Counted from the whole stretch's first letter, positions 13,650-28,759 are shown. The stretch is DNA of 63,438 nt, filler included, from Welwitschia mirabilis (GCA_051453625.1; 4 parts of one record of this genome joined end to end with filler, not necessarily neighbours in it); one strand, 5' to 3'. Notes: generated from the sequence alone by a model not told the origin. Numbers and translations are program-made.

Positions 13650-15477
13650 CATAATATATTAGTTGGAGATTTTAAAATAATTAAATATTTTTAAAAAATT
13701 CATTAAACTTAATCTTTACATCTCTTTTTTTAAAAGAAGCAAAAAATGAACATGACATTTCTCACCTCCTTATTAAGTTTTGTCCTTAAAAGGTATTAAA
13801 AGATTAGGTTTCCATTGATTAATATTTGCTTTTATCTCTAAAGTTACTATTTTTATAGATTAGTTGTATCATATTAGTCTTGAAAATATTCTTCACATTA
13901 TGTATTAAAAGTGGCCTTTATAGACATATAGATCTTTACAATCTTCTTAAGATTAATTTTGTAATTTAAACTATATTTCATATCTTCATATATAACATGA
14001 ATCATGTCATCTTATCAAGCACTTCATAGAAAAATATAAATCCATATTCCTCATTCTTCATTTTGACAAACTTAGTACAAAGTGCATTTTGATAGTTTTT
14101 TGTTAGGTGACTTTGAATTGGAAGTAGTTGGTATAATATAGCCTTTAGTTTCACACTAATCTACTTCAATAAACAATTTCACNNNNNNNNNNNNNNNNNN
14201 NNNNNNNNNNNNNNNNNNNNNNNNNNNNNNNNNNNNNNNNNNNNNNNNNNNNNNNNNNNNNNNNNNNNNNNNNNNNNNNNNNNNNNNNNNNNNNNNNNNN
14301 NNNNNNNNNNNNNNNNNNNNNNNNNNNNNNNNNNNNNNNNNNNNNNNNNNNNNNNNNNNNNNNNNNNNNNNNNNNNNNNNNNNNNNNNNNNNNNNNNNNN
14401 NNNNNNNNNNNNNNNNNNNNNNNNNNNNNNNNNNNNNNNNNNNNNNNNNNNNNNNNNNNNNNNNNNNNNNNNNNNNNNNNNNNNNNNNNNNNNNNNNNNN
14501 NNNNNNNNNNNNNNNNNNNNNNNNNNNNNNNNNNNNNNNNNNNNNNNNNNNNNNNNNNNNNNNNNNNNNNNNNNNNNNNNNNNNNNNNNNNNNNNNNNNN
14601 NNNNNNNNNNNNNNNNNNNNNNNNNNNNNNNNNNNNNNNNNNNNNNNNNNNNNNNNNNNNNNNNNNNNNNNNNNNNNNNNNNNNNNNNNNNNNNNNNNNN
14701 NNNNNNNNNAATTTCACACAGCTTATTCTAGACCATTGATATCATCAATCTAAAGATTCATACAAATTATTCTTATATTAAGTGATATGCTAAATCATCC
14801 TTATTACAATCTAACTTCATGGTATACTAAATTCAAAATTTATAGATAATCTTTTATTGATCATGACTTTTTGACCTTTTTCATTTTCTAAGGTTGTAAT
14901 GATTATTTAATTAGGGTAAAGGTTATGAACTAGTATATTTTTCATGTAAAGAATTTCTATAAAATTAATTGAATACACTTATAAATAAGTTAAATCATTT
15001 AATTTCATAAGTCAAAATATCTCAATGACCTCCTTACCTGAACCAAAGAAATATGTACTTAAACCATTAAGTCCAAAACTATAACTCAAATATGGCAACA
15101 AAACAATCTCTTCCTCCAAATTGTGATATACAATTTTAAAGTTATCACATAGAAATTCCTTAAGCCTAAGATAAAAAATTATAGATCTCTTCCACATTAC
15201 ACCCCTTTGTTGTGTACTTTTTTGAATGCCTTTTTGACACTTCTCCATGTATAATCTATTTGAATAACTTATATGAATAATTAAGGCCAATGCTTATTTT
15301 AAAGATTTATTGATAATAGTATTTAGGCTAACCAAATAAGACAAGGAGTTAATCCATTAATGCCTCTTCACTATTCAATAACATATCATTATAATATAAA
15401 GGAAATATTTTATATGTTAATGGAAGACATCTTCAACTATATCTACCTTAGGTGCTAAAAGTTTTCATTTGGTAAAG
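13650..15477 (-). pseudogene. Decayed Ty3/gypsy pol (protease, RT, gap, integrase) of an old host element
   Basis: Integrase-like ILYQLLPIQ...IKMHFVLSL...GFIF...LDKM at ~14000-14150, RT-like YHEVRL...LYE at ~14750-14850, protease-like IVLLPYLSYSFGLNGL at ~15060-15110. The order PR-RT-IN on the minus strand indicates gypsy. Confidence 0.65.
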
Positions 15478-18400
15478 TGTTGTGATATGAATTTATGCAA
15501 TCCNNNNNNNNNNNTAGGTAAACATGTAAATCAAATAACATGTAAAAAAACACACTTAAGTATAGATGGGTGTTTACTTGAATGTCGTAATCCAACAAAG
15601 GCACTAGGATTAGAGTTAGAGAATTGATTTCCCAAAGTATTTTTAGTCTTTTGTCTTATAAAATTGGAAGGAAATGAATAAGTAAATATAATGCAAGATG
15701 AATGAATATGAAATATAGTAAACGAAAAAGGAAATGGAATTCTACTTAGATCCTAGTCCTTCTATTACAAAGACTACTTTCTCTATAACTTATATCAATT
15801 AAGAATATCATTTAACAAGTTATTAACTAACATAAACTATGATATTTATCTAAGCAAGAGTATGCAATATGCAATATGAAATGAAATAAAAATGCAATAC
15901 AAATCTACTACTAACCAATATCAACCTTAACAAAGGTTACCCTAATGATCTAAACAAATCACAGATCTGTCACTTAACTATGACCAACTTAAACCATAAT
16001 AGACATTCACAGAATTAGAATGAAAAGGAGAAATTATATTAGCTCAAAGAGTATTTAGAACATACATACACTTAAAATCAGAACAATAGCATCACAATGG
16101 AAGAGACTTAACCTAACACTAAGAAGACTACTTTCTGTAGCATTGAATAGAACTCTTTTCCTTCAATCCTCTATCACAAGTATCAAATATAAAATATGGT
16201 TTGGAAGTGAAGGATAAAAGAGTATTTATTATTTTACATTAAAAGTTATAGAACTGTAACACTAAATGTTGGTAAAGAAAACCCTAGCAGCACACATCAG
16301 TTGCTTAACCCCATTTACAAAGGTATTTATTTCAGAACATGCAAAAATATTTTTCCTTTCACTTGTCATCCAAATGATACAAGGAATGATACCACTTATC
16401 TCCATGTACTATATGTGCTGCTATCAGCTTCACAACCTTTACCCATGTAAGTGTCATCATCCTGCATGTCATGGAAATAACATAGTAAATGAGACCATGT
16501 GTCATTCCGGTCCATCATATGTTGCATGTGCTACATCTTGGTAAGTCGGAGTGCTATCGTCCTGACTATCATGGGGATGACACCTCTCCCAAGCTTCTCA
16601 AGTAGAATAAATTAGCCTTCTTTGCCATTAGTCTTTCTTGAATATGCTAAGTATCAAATCATGTATGATATACCCTAAATATATCAAGAATTACATGCTT
16701 TTATGATTATCCTATCGTCTATCTATAATTAGTAGAATTACACTTAAACCTGTATAAATATCCTATAAATATACTACAAATACACCATCAAATTCTTACA
16801 AATTAGCATCGTAACATAGCCCTCTACTTAGCCTTATCAGTCCCTAATAAAGTAGGCAATCAACTATATTGTGAGTCAATTTGACTAAGATAAATATCAA
16901 CTAAATAAATGGCATCTAAGTTCTATTTATCATATAGGAATAGATGACAAAATTCATTGATACAATTACTACTGTAGTCATAAGTCCCTTACTTAAACAC
17001 ATTATAATAGACCAAATAAATATCATACACCTAAATAAATTATAGAATGTAACAATGATAATATAGAAAAATGATAATGTGTATGCATAAGTTGAGAAAG
17101 TAATGTTGAAATCAATGTGTAATATTTAACTAGTAATAATCTCATAGAACAAGTCATGAAAAGTTCATTAATGTTTTCTATAAGGGTAAATTATAGGAGT
17201 AATCATAACATTATTTTTCCTTTAAATGATTTAAAACATAGCTACTGAAAAATTAGTGAGTGCTACTGTGCTCCTATTAAATGAATTCCATGAAATGTAT
17301 TCAAGTAACATGAAATTATATCCAAATAACTCATCATAAATATGTACCATAAAAGCTTAAATTAAGTCTTTAAAATTTAAATATGATACATTTCTACTTA
17401 ATATCTTAGAAGAAATCTCAAAGAGCTATCTTGTCCGCCCTCCACCCCCTCAAACAGGAAAAGTAAAATGTCCTAGATTGCATAAAGTGAAAAGAATGAT
17501 TATCGTTTCCTTTATCATGGGGATGACATATGTGAGATGATAGTGCTTAAAATAAGTTATTTGAATAAATTAGAAAAAATCCAAAAGTATTTGATAGTAA
17601 GCAAGTAATGGAAAAATAACAAAAAAATTAGAAATATGAGAAAAAGTAAAGAAATGTCTAGAAAATCATGACCATGGTGAAAGAAGCTTATGAGACATAA
17701 GAACGTATGAAGTAGAAAAAAGTAATGCTTCAAAGGATTCCTCTAATGTGTCTTAGAATCCATGAGTTTTTAAAATCTATAAGTGGATGTATATAAAACC
17801 ACAAAACCACATAGAAAAAACATTAGTATAAACAAAAAGATTACATCAATCAAACTGAAAGAAATGTATCAATTGAAAGTGCTAAAAAGAAAGACAACCT
17901 TTTAAAGAAAACCTCTGAGTGAAAATAAAAAGAAAACTAGAGGATTACCAAATGAACAGGTCCTAATGATATTGTGGAAAAAGATACTTTAATAACTTTA
18001 AAAATCCCAAATAAAATAATGAAAGAAAAAGATAATGAAAATAAACAACTAGGAGCATGAATAAAATTTTCTTACCTATCCAAAATTAATCCTTAGAAAA
18101 GTCCCTTAGAAGAAATCATAAAATCACTTGATAAGGATGCATGACATAATGTATGAATTCATAGAGTTCCACTCAAATGGACAATGATTATGATTATGTC
18201 ACATATGTCTAATATTATCAAATAATGAATGAAAAGATAAAAAGATGTTAAAACAGACAAAACAACACTATAATCTAGAAAAGTAAAGTAATCATGTAAA
18301 AGGACTACAAACAAATAAAAATGAATCTAGAAAACAAGCAATATCTTTGATAACACCAAGGACACCACTTATCTCATAGACTAACTATAATTTTATTCTT

Positions 18401-21400
18401 ACCATAATGAGGGAAGTGTAACCACTATCAGAGGAGTAAAAAGCCCCTAATGAAGTTTCCACAGCTATCATATTATACTGCTAAAGGCCCCTCTCAGGAC
18501 TATTTTCCTAGTACACTTGTGATAGGACATCATGAGGGTCATGTTTTAAGATGTAATATGAAAGAGCATGACCTTTATTATTATTATTATTATTATTATT
18601 TCTTTCTTTCTTTTCTTTTTTCCTTTTCTTTCTTTTTCTTTTGATACATAAATTCCACATGACCAAATACTTATAAAGATAAAAGTGAAATGAGAAGATA
18701 AATAACAAGGAAGAACATGGTAAAATAAATAATTACTCACACCATTGAAAGAAAATAAACTAAACAAGACATCTTCCTTTAAAATAAAGTTCATAGACAT
18801 ATGAATGTCTAAAGATTAGACAAAGCTAATCTTATCATTGAAAATGCGTAAGTAAAATATTTACTAATCATGGTAACTTCATAAAGTAAAACATTAAGCA
18901 AGTTAAAAATGTTCAAGTGATACAATGGCATTTACCAAAAAAATAAACTAAAGAAGAATTTAGATAATGGCAGGGAAAGAATTCCAACACAACTGATTCT
19001 ATAATGTTTAAGGCTAAGCAATAAATATCTCATATGATTCATAACCTTCTATCCATTAACTTCTAAGTTTCCCAAGTGTTTAAGAAGTTTTAACAAATCC
19101 ATTTAAAATGTACTTTTCTGAAAGATAAGAACCTAATCATTAAGAAGTTCAAATAGTTGTGTAAAAAGTGTACTCGAGTATGGTATTTTTTAGAAAAATA
19201 AGGGCCAAATCAAATAGAATTAAATTGATGAAACATAAAGGAAATGCAATAATTTTAAAGTAAAATCAATTAGAGATAGAGAAAGTAAAATGATAAAAAT
19301 TTGATGGCATAATTTTCAAAATTGAAATAAGAGATAAAGAAGTGATTTATTTCATTAGCAAAGAACATCTTATGACAACAATGTAAAGCATGAGTATCAT
19401 TATATAACTCATTCAAGGTACTACTCATAGAATGGATTCAAGAAATATTTAAAGGCTTGTGATAATGTGTAATAATATTAAGAAGATCCTTAAGATTTAA
19501 TTGAAAGCATAGATTATCATCAAGAAGATAAGGCTTTCCCCAATGTAAAATTCCAAGATATTCCAAGTCAAATTTTTGAAAAGAATAACTAATTAAAGCA
19601 CAAGGTATAGTGGACTTGGTAGAAAAAACATGAATCTTACTTTGAGGATCACATTAATGTTTAAAAGAAAGAGATTAAGAGATAGGAGACAAAGTGATGG
19701 GTGTTATAAGAATCAAGGAAAGGAACCTGGCCTTGAGAATTATACGAAGGTGTAATTGGAAGAGATGGAAAAAGCTTATTATTATTAATGGTATGGAGTA
19801 ATNNNNNNNNNNNNNNNNNNNNNNNNNNNNNNNNNNNNNNNNNNNNNNNNNNNNNNNNNNNNNNNNNNNNNNNNNNNNNNNNNNNNNNNNNNNNNNNNNN
19901 NNTCTGAGTGAAAATAAAAAAAAAACTAGAGGATTACCATATGATCAAGTCCAAATTATATTATGGAAAAATATAGTATAATGACTTTGAAAATCCCAAA
20001 CAAAACAACTAAAGAAAAACATAATGAAAATGAACAACTAAGGACATGAAGAAGATTTGCTTATCTATCCAAAATTAAGCCTTATCAAAGTCCCTTGTAA
20101 GAAATCATAAAATCATCTGATAATAATGCATGATATAATTTAGAAATTTATAAAGTTCCACTCGAATGAGCAATGAATATAGTGATGTCAAGTATGTTTA
20201 ATGTTATTAAATAATAAATGATAAGATAAAAGGCTGATAAAATAGGAACTTACAAGCTATCATCTCAAAGCAATACTAGAATCCAAAAAAGTAAACTAAT
20301 CATGTGGAAGTACTATAAATAAATACAACATGAGTCTAGAAAATAAGCAATGCCTCTGATGATACTAGGGATACCCTTGATGTCATAGCCTCTAACTGAA
20401 TTTTTATTCTTACTATAATAAGGGGAGTATAATCACTATTAAAAAAGTAAGAACCCATATAACATGGCCAATTAACCCCCCCAGTGGAGTTTTAACAACT
20501 ATCATATTGCACTACCAAAGGCCCCTCTCAGGAATATTTACCCATTGTGCTTATGGTAGGACATTATGAGGGCCATGTTATAAGATAAAACATGAAAGAG
20601 GATAACCTGTATTTGGTTTTTTTATTTCCTTTTTTCTTTCTTTCTTTCTTTTTCTTTTAATATATAAATTCCACATGATTAAATACTGAGAAGGATAAAA
20701 GTGAAGTGAGGAGATAAATAAAAATAAATATCATGCTAAAATAATTAATTACTCATACCATTAAAAGAAAATAAAAGAACCAAAACATCTTCCTTCAAAA
20801 TGAAGTTCATAGACATATGAATGTCTAAAAATTAAATGAAGTTAATCTTATCATTTAAAATACTCAAGTAAAATATTTACTAATCATGGTAACTTCATAA
20901 AGTAAAACATTAGTCAAGTTAAAGACGTTTAAGTAATATAATGATGTTTATCAAAAGAATCCACTAAAGAAGAATTTAGATAATGGTAAGGAAAAATTTC
21001 CAACACAAGTGATTCTGTTATGTTCAAGGTTAATTGATAGATACTTCAATGATTCTTAACCTTTTATCCATTAACTTCTAAATTTCCCAAGTGTTTAAGT
21101 TGGAATTTTTAATAAAATCATTTAAAATGTTCTTTTTCTGAAAAATAAGAACCTAATCATTAAAGTTCAACTAGTTATGTAAAAAGTGCACTTAGGTATT
21201 GTATTTTTTAGAAAAATTATGGCTAAACCAAATAGAAATCAATTGATGAAACATCAAGGGTATGTAATTATTTTAGAGTAAAATGAATTGAAGATAAAGA
21301 AAGTAAAATGATAAAACCTTAATAGCATAATTTTAAAAATTGAAATAAGACGTAAAGAAGTGATGAATTTCATTGTCAAATAATATTTTATAAAAATAGT

Positions 21401-24400
21401 GTAAAGCATGAGTATCATTATATAATTCATTCAAGGCACTACTTAAAGAATGGATCTAAGAAATGCTTAAGGTTTTTTGAGAATGTTTAATAAGATTGAG
21501 AAGCTCCTTAATATTTAAATTTAAGCATGAATTATCATCAAGAAGATACAAATTACTCCAACGTAAACTTCCAAGACATTTCAAGTTAAATTTTTAAAAA
21601 GAATAACCATTAAAGGCACAAGGTACAGTGGACTTGGTAGAAAAAAAATGAGTGTTACTTTGAATATCACATGAAGGTTTAAAAAGAAGATATTGAAAGA
21701 TAGGAAAAATAGACAACTTGAATTGTTATATGTTATAAGAGTCAACAAAAGAAACATGGCCTTGAGAATTATATGAAGGTGTAATTGGAAGAGATGAAGA
21801 AAGGTTATTATTATCAAGATTATGAGGTAATGTGAAGGTGGAAGTAGAAGTGAAAGGAGGAGTAAAGGAAAGGATATGATTTGAAATTGTACATGAATTC
21901 ATAGATGAGAAGAATGTATAAATATGGGTAGGATAAACAAGTCTATTCTTTATGAAGTTTGAATGAATCTCTATGGGTCCTTCATTGATTTTAATTTCTT
22001 TACTATGTGGTTGAATTATACTTTTATCATCATTATTTGTGACTATACTTCCTTCTCTTGTTGAAAATTACTTTCATTCTCTAAATGATTAGATTCATCA
22101 AAAAGATTATTAATAGATATAAGGTCATCATCTTCATTATTGATTAAAATATTTTTAGTTTTCTTATGATTGAATTTCTCATCTCAATTGTATAATAGTA
22201 AATGAATGGTAGGAATATAATCTAATGTCTCAATATCATCAACTAATGAGTGGTTATCTTTATCCCAATTGTTAAAATATTGAGTTGTATTATTATCATC
22301 TCCCTTTGGCTTATCTCCTAATGAGTAGGATGTTGAAGTTTGATTCATAATTTGATCTTTAAATTGAAAGCAAGAATCATCGTCATCGGTGGTTTCTAAG
22401 TTTTGTTTATTTCCCTTCAAGTAGGATGAAGTGTAATAGTTGTAAGGATGTTTTATTGTAAAAGATCCTTGAATATGTAATAGTGATTGTTACAAGTTTT
22501 CAACTAATTTTTCTGAGCTCTTATTGGTGTTTTCTTGGTTATTCTTCATTTTGTCAATCATTTCTCTTAATGCACCATTTTCTTACTTATAATAGTTGAT
22601 GAATCATGATTCTTATTGATAGTAATGCATGTAAGATGATTGGGATTAATAAAAATAATTATAAGAGGTTTGTCTAAATGAGGTGAAATCCCTAAAATAT
22701 GGAGAATCCTCATCATCATTTCTATATGAGGTTTGAAAAGAAGAGGGTAAAGAATAAGTAGGTTGAAAAGAAGAAGTGGAGAAATTCCTATTATCAACAT
22801 TATTTTGTGATGGTCTCCCTCTTTCCAAAAAAATCTCTTAAAGTGTTCTCTTACTAATTTCCTCATTATTTTGTAAGTTTCTTCTCCTTTTAGAAAGAAG
22901 TTTCGCAACAGTCCTTCTATTACTATTCATTGAAGCAAATGAGAAGAGTGAAACAAGAAAAGTTTAATTCAAGATGGTAAGGAAAATATGTATAATAAAG
23001 ATAAAGTTTCCCTCTATTGGATGTGTCATCATTTGAAATTGCTATTTATTAATACTCAAAATATGTGGGATCATTTATTGCAAATTAATTACAAAGAGAA
23101 AAGAAAATCAAATTCTAAAATTAAAAAAATAAATTCCAAAATTTGCATACCTTTGTCATGTGTACTTGAATTTTTATTTTAAATTTAAGTAATTATTTTC
23201 TAATGTTTCTATTAATTCAGTTTCTTACTAGCTGATATTTCATCTTTTCACTAGAATTCTTTGTATTCTTGCATGCATAGACAGTAAACAAAAACTAGAT
23301 TCAAATGTAGGGACTGTCATCCACCTAATCATGGGATGACATGAGGAATGATGATCATAGGAAAACGGAACTCTAAAAACTTTAAAAAAGAAATATTACT
23401 AAAAGCTAGACTATCCTCTATCTTTTCCTATAGATGACAGATAGGACGACAGGACTTGCATTACTAAAATATAAGCATAAGAAAAATTGCAAAACTAGAA
23501 AATAATTTCAAATTTTTAGAACTATCATGTCCTATGTCATTAGGACAATAGAGAGAATAATAGGGTGAAAAAATTATGGAAAATAAAATTTTGTAGTAAC
23601 AAATCTATCTTAAACTACACTAAAAATATAACATTAATTTAAATAAATAACTTAAATAAAAAGATTCAAGATACTTATCTAATTAATGACAATCCTACTA
23701 GCTTCTTGCAGCCTTCTCTAATAATGATGCCAAAATGCTGTGGTGTGAATTTATGCAATCCTGAAACTTCTTTAGGTAAACATGTAAATCAAATAACTTG
23801 TAAAAAAAGAGACTTAAGTATAGATAGGATTTCACCTGAATATCATAATCCAACAAAGGCACTAGGCTTAGAATTAGAGAATGGATTTTTCAAAGTATTT
23901 TTAGTCTTTTATCTTATAAAAACTGAAAGAGAATAAATAAGTAAATGCAAAGCAACATGAATGAATATAAAATGTAGTGAATGGAAATGGAAGTGGATTT
24001 ATAATTAGATCCTAGTCCTTCTATCACAAAGACTACTTTCTCTATAAATTATATCAACTAAAAAGAGCATCCAACTAGTTCTTAACCAACATAAACTATG
24101 AGATTTATTTAATTAAGAATATACAATATGCAATATGGAATAAAATGGAAATGCAATACAAATCTGCTACTAACCAAGATCAACCTTAATAAAGGTTTCC
24201 CTTATGATCTAAATAAATTATAGATCTATCACTTAAATATGACCAACTTAAACCATAAAAGACATTCATAGAATTAGAATGACAAGGAGAAATTATATTA
24301 ACTCAAAGAGTGTTCAAAACATACATCCACTTATAATTAGAACAACAGCACCCCAATGGAAGAAAATCAGTCTAACACCAAGGAGAATCCTTTCTATAGC

Positions 24401-25081
24401 ATTAGATGAGCCTTTTTTCTTTCAATCCTCTATCACATGTATTAGGTATAAAAGATGGTTTGAAAGTGAAGGAGGGAAGGGTATTTATAGTTTTATATTG
24501 AAAGTTCTAGAACCATAACCCTAGACATATGTAAAAAAAAAAAAAAACCCTAGTAGGCCACATGGATTACTTAACCCCATTTATAAAGATATTTATTTCA
24601 TAACATGCAAAAATAGTTATCATCCTGCTTGTCATATAGACAACATAAGGGATGATGCCACTTGTCTCCATGTGCTCCCAGTGCTACTGTCAATCCTGCA
24701 TCTTTCGCTCATGTGAGGGCCATTATCCTACATGTCATTTAAATGGCATAAGAGACAATATAATGTACCATTCTAGTCCATCATGTGCTGCATGTATTAC
24801 ATCTTTATAAGTAGTAGTGTTGTCATCCTGATTGTCATGGGGAAAACACCTCTCCTGAGTTTCTTAAGTAGAGTAAATCAGCCTTCTTTGTCATTAGTCT
24901 TTGTTCAATATGATAAGTATCATATCATGTCTAAAATACCCCAAATATGATAAGAATTACGTGCTTCTATGAACATCCTATCATCTGTTTATAATTAGCA
25001 GAATTAAACTTAAACCTATATAAATATCAATAGAAGTACTCCAAATACATCATTAGATTCCTACAAATTATTATTACAACA
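15478..25081 (-). mobile_element. Family A Athila-like insertion: LTR 15478-16816, two diverged internal segments separated by a 100-N gap, PBS 23715-23732, LTR 23736-25081
   Basis: LTRs read TGTTGTGAT...CATCGTAACA and TGCTGTGGT...TATTACAACA. PPT motif at ~16819-16844. Flanks TAAAG (15473-15477) and TAGAG (25082-25086) form a 5-bp TSD with one transition. ~17914-19802 is repeated at 19903-~21830. Confidence 0.88.
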
Positions 25082-25086
25082 TAGAG

Positions 25087-26440
25087 GTAACTAATTAATT
25101 TCTTGTATTGGCTTTTTATTCCTACTTCATTAATAGAATTACTTTATACATCATTTAGATTACTTTTATTTTCTTATTTGATAAAATTTAATTCTTCTTT
25201 GTTTGTTTTTGCAATATCATTGATGTTACATTTAACCATAGTTAAACCATATTCTATCTTCATAGACTTAGTACTAACGTGACTTTGTCTCTTCTTAAAT
25301 TCATTGCCATCATCAGAAGTAATAAAGCTTCCATGTAAACTGTAATAGAAATGGAAGGAAAGTTGGCTTCAATAGAAACAACCTCTAGATGTGACTAGAT
25401 GACATATTTTATAAACTTATTGTAGGTTCTTCTTATTTCTTCCTTTCAAAACAATTTATAATATAGTGAGGTCTCTAATATATAAAATATCCCATGATCT
25501 TAAAATCATTAGTTGAGTTTAAAATACTAATCATTTCTTGGTAGTCCCACAAATCTATCTCTTTCTTGAGTTAGATAAGCTTACTTTCTTTCTTAAAGTT
25601 TATGTATTACTTTACTATTAACTCTAGCCACATTTACTCTACCTCTTCCCTTAATCATACCTATACTCTAAGTGGGAGATTCATTCATGATTGCATTCTC
25701 TTATATCTTAAGGCATTCTTATTTTTGCTCTAATATTTTTAGTCATAACACATAATTCTCCACTAATTCTAACCTTCTTTGAGGCTCCTGCAATAGTATT
25801 CAATTGGAATAATTTAACTTTATCTTAACTTACTAGATGTATGCTAGTTATAAATCTTATAACTTCTACTTCTTCATATCTCCTTCTAAGATTATAGAGA
25901 TTGTTGGTCTTCACATTTATGAAAAATTCTGTGATGTATCTACCTCTACATGTTCTTTTTAATCCTTTCCATTTCATAAGTGTTGAAAATAATGTTTAAA
26001 GCATTTTTTCATTTCATCATATTTTTACATTCCACCATAAAGTTTCTCTTTTAATAAGTTGATAAGTATACAAATAAATCATGCTTATATATTTGTCATG
26101 TTGTTGACATCTTCAAAAGTTGGAGGATTTGTTTTCTTAACTTACTCCATCATTTCTTGATAGAGTTACCATCTTCCCAAACATTACTTACTCATAAAGC
26201 TCATCCACTAAGTTGTTAAATATATTTACTAATGTTGTAACTTTATATAATTAGTTAACTACCATTTTTTATTCCATGCTAAGCACATGGAAAATAAACT
26301 ACACTTATTACAAACCCAAATTTTCATGTTAAAGCTTACAACCTAAATAGAATTAATCTAAGAGAAATTGTAGCCTACATTTTAATAATAGTTATGGTTG
26401 ATGAATTAATCAACCTACACTCTGATGTTGAAATTACTCC
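25087..26440 (-). pseudogene. Decayed Ty3/gypsy gag (continuation of the host element split by the family A insertion)
   Basis: Minus strand KKTNPPTFE at ~26115-26140, RFITSIH...DKVKLFQLNTIAGA at ~25780-25860, decayed zinc knuckle (..PHYIINC) at ~25450-25490. Possible decayed Met-PBS (ACTCTGAT) near 26419. Confidence 0.6.
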
Positions 26441-26448
26441 ATAATAAT

Positions 26449-26548
26449 NNNNNNNNNNNNNNNNNNNNNNNNNNNNNNNNNNNNNNNNNNNNTTAATTAA
26501 TTAANNNNNNNNNNNNNNNNNNNNNNNNNNNNNNNNNNNNNNNNNNNN
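26449..26548. other. Artificial scaffold-joining spacer (44 N + TTAATTAATTAA + 44 N)
   Basis: Exactly 100 bp. The 12-mer has stop codons in all six frames. Identical spacers at 57680-57779 and 61407-61506. Confidence 0.97.
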
Positions 26549-27589
26549 AAATCAACTCTTTATTATCCATACCATTGGCCTTCGATGGAATTACGACATT
26601 CAGATCACTCCGTCTATACTAGCGTGTTGTATTTTGTATCTTATTATAATTAACACGATTGAAATTGAAACGTGAACTATTGCACAAATACACACCGCAA
26701 CAGATAGATTTTCTTATAAAGGCTTTTTAACATAATTTTTATCATTTTCATGATAAATTATAAACATTAAAACCTAACATAAATTTTAAAATACATATTA
26801 TTTAATAAGATACTTAAATAAGGTTAATTATTTATTTGACTAAAAGCTTAATATATTTATCATTTAACTAAATAAGTATTACAAGATATGTAATATGAAA
26901 AATTTAGATAATGGAGATACAATGACTACTATTAATATTAGAGTCATCTACTACTACTCTAAAAGTTCATGCAAGCCCTATTATTTATGGAATCCATTCA
27001 TATAATTTATTCACATACTCAAAGATGTGCATCTACTTTTTGGGTCATCAATATTTTAGCTACAAGTTGATTTCTCTTCCTTGATAATGCATTTCACTAT
27101 TTTGATAACTAGATGTCATTAAGTAATATTTAAGAAGGACATCAGATGCAATTTCATCCTCTTCAAGCCAATCCATAATTGTTCCATACATATGCCTAGT
27201 AAGCCTTGTTCTTAAGAGCTCCTCATGATAATTGCATGAAACCAATGTAATAGAAGAAGAAAGACAACTTCTCATAGAGTTTAAAATTGTATTTTAATTT
27301 GTTAAGAGAGTGTATTATTTAATTGAGATTGTAATATTTATAGGAAAAACATGTTATAGACCGTTATCTCATATTATTTGCTTATGATTCAATTTTTTTT
27401 TTTTTTATTTTTTTTTTTTTTTTTTTGCATTCTAGATGGACCAATTTTCAATGTAATAAATTCAAACATTAGCCATCTCATCGCCTTTAACATTTCATGC
27501 AAGATCCAAAATATACAAATGTATAAATATGGATGCAAATTAATCCTAAAATAAGTAGTTTAAAGAGTTTTTTTTTTAAATTAATGTTA

Positions 27590-27945
27590 GTTTTTAGGGC
27601 ATTTTTGAATAAATGTACTAAAAGCCTCATTTTATGACCTTTTTAGGGAATTTTTACAAATTTCTTAAAAATAAACTTTTAGAGAATTTTTTTAGAAGCA
27701 CCCTCAAAAGAACATTTTATGGAGTTTTTATAAATGCCCTAGTAGAGAGATTTTAAGGCATTTTTGTATAGTTTCTTAGCATGATCTTAAAAACATTGTA
27801 AAATCTTTTGAGAAATTATGGTAAAGATTTAAAGGATGTTTGTTTTAAAAACACCCTGAAAGTCCTATAAAGCATTTAAGCTATGGTTCAAGGCCTTTTA
27901 AGGCATTATGTAAACATCTTAATAGCTTGAATTTCTAGTAGCAAG
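27590..27945. mobile_element. Possible CACTA-type transposon end (sub-terminal repeat cluster)
   Basis: Direct and inverted copies of TTT(T)AGGGCATTTT / AAATGCCCTA-like motifs, ending in TTTCTAGTAGC. The terminus is not a perfect TAGTG and no partner end was found. Confidence 0.4.
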
Positions 27946-28149
27946 AGTAGCAATACTAGTACTTTATGCTAAATAACATAACATTAATAGGGAATCATAA
28001 AAGAGAGATTAAGAGATTTAGGGATTCCCTTAGTTAAAATTTTAAAATATTATGATTTAAAGCTCTTAAGTACTTTTTAAAAGATTATAAATATAAAAAA
28101 TTAATAAATCACAAAAACAAAATTAACAAAAATATGTTAATGAAATACT

Positions 28150-28750
28150 TCAGTAACAAAACACTTTCATGGAGCAAGTAATGAAGATAAAGCCTTCTAA
28201 AATAGTAGAAAAAATTCATCCCATGAATATCACAAGGTAATAAGTAAGCTAATATATCTAATGAATACAAGGTAAGATACGACATTTATTGATAAGAAAC
28301 TCACTAAAGTCATGTATTATTTAAATAAAGCATACATGAACTTGATGATTAACATATTAAAGTAGTTAGACAAAAAAAAAACACATCATAAGTATTAGAA
28401 AATGTAAATAAATTTTATGTGGTTATAAAAAATTCAATTGATTTGGTGCTAAATATGGTGGATCAATCATATATTATGTCATTCAACTCAATGAAAATAC
28501 TATTTCATGGTTAAACTAAAAATAGAAGACAATTGTACTCTCTTCCAATAAAGCATAATATATTATAATATAAACTCTATGTTGTAAATTAAGATAAATT
28601 TATAAAATTTTAGGTAATATTAATAAATAAGTATGAACTTCTATTTTCATTCACTATGATAACCAAAGTATAATCAAACTAGTGAAGAATCATATATTTC
28701 ATGAGATGATGAAGCATATTAAAGTTAAGTTCCACTACATCAAATGATCT
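28150..28750 (+). pseudogene. Decayed Ty1/copia RT-RNaseH fragment
   Basis: EYHKVISKLIYLMNTR*DTTF; ISWLN*K*KTIVLSSNKA*Y; YDNQSIIKLVKNHIFHEMMKHIKVKFHYIK (copia SW-SKKQ-VALS-EAEY and DN-SAI-L-NP-FH-RTKHI motifs). Confidence 0.85.
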
Positions 28751-28759
28751 ACATAGTCC

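Noticed and set aside
14166-14717. Long ORFs of 183 aa and 190 aa (also 38402-38974)
   Set aside because: They consist almost entirely of N-gap translation.
18575-18642. (TTA)n microsatellite and T/C tract producing poly-Y and poly-N ORFs
   Set aside because: Simple slippage within a retroelement UTR.
26493-26504. TTAATTAATTAA palindrome recurring three times inside N runs
   Set aside because: Artificial six-frame-stop linker. Adjacency across these spacers has no biological meaning.
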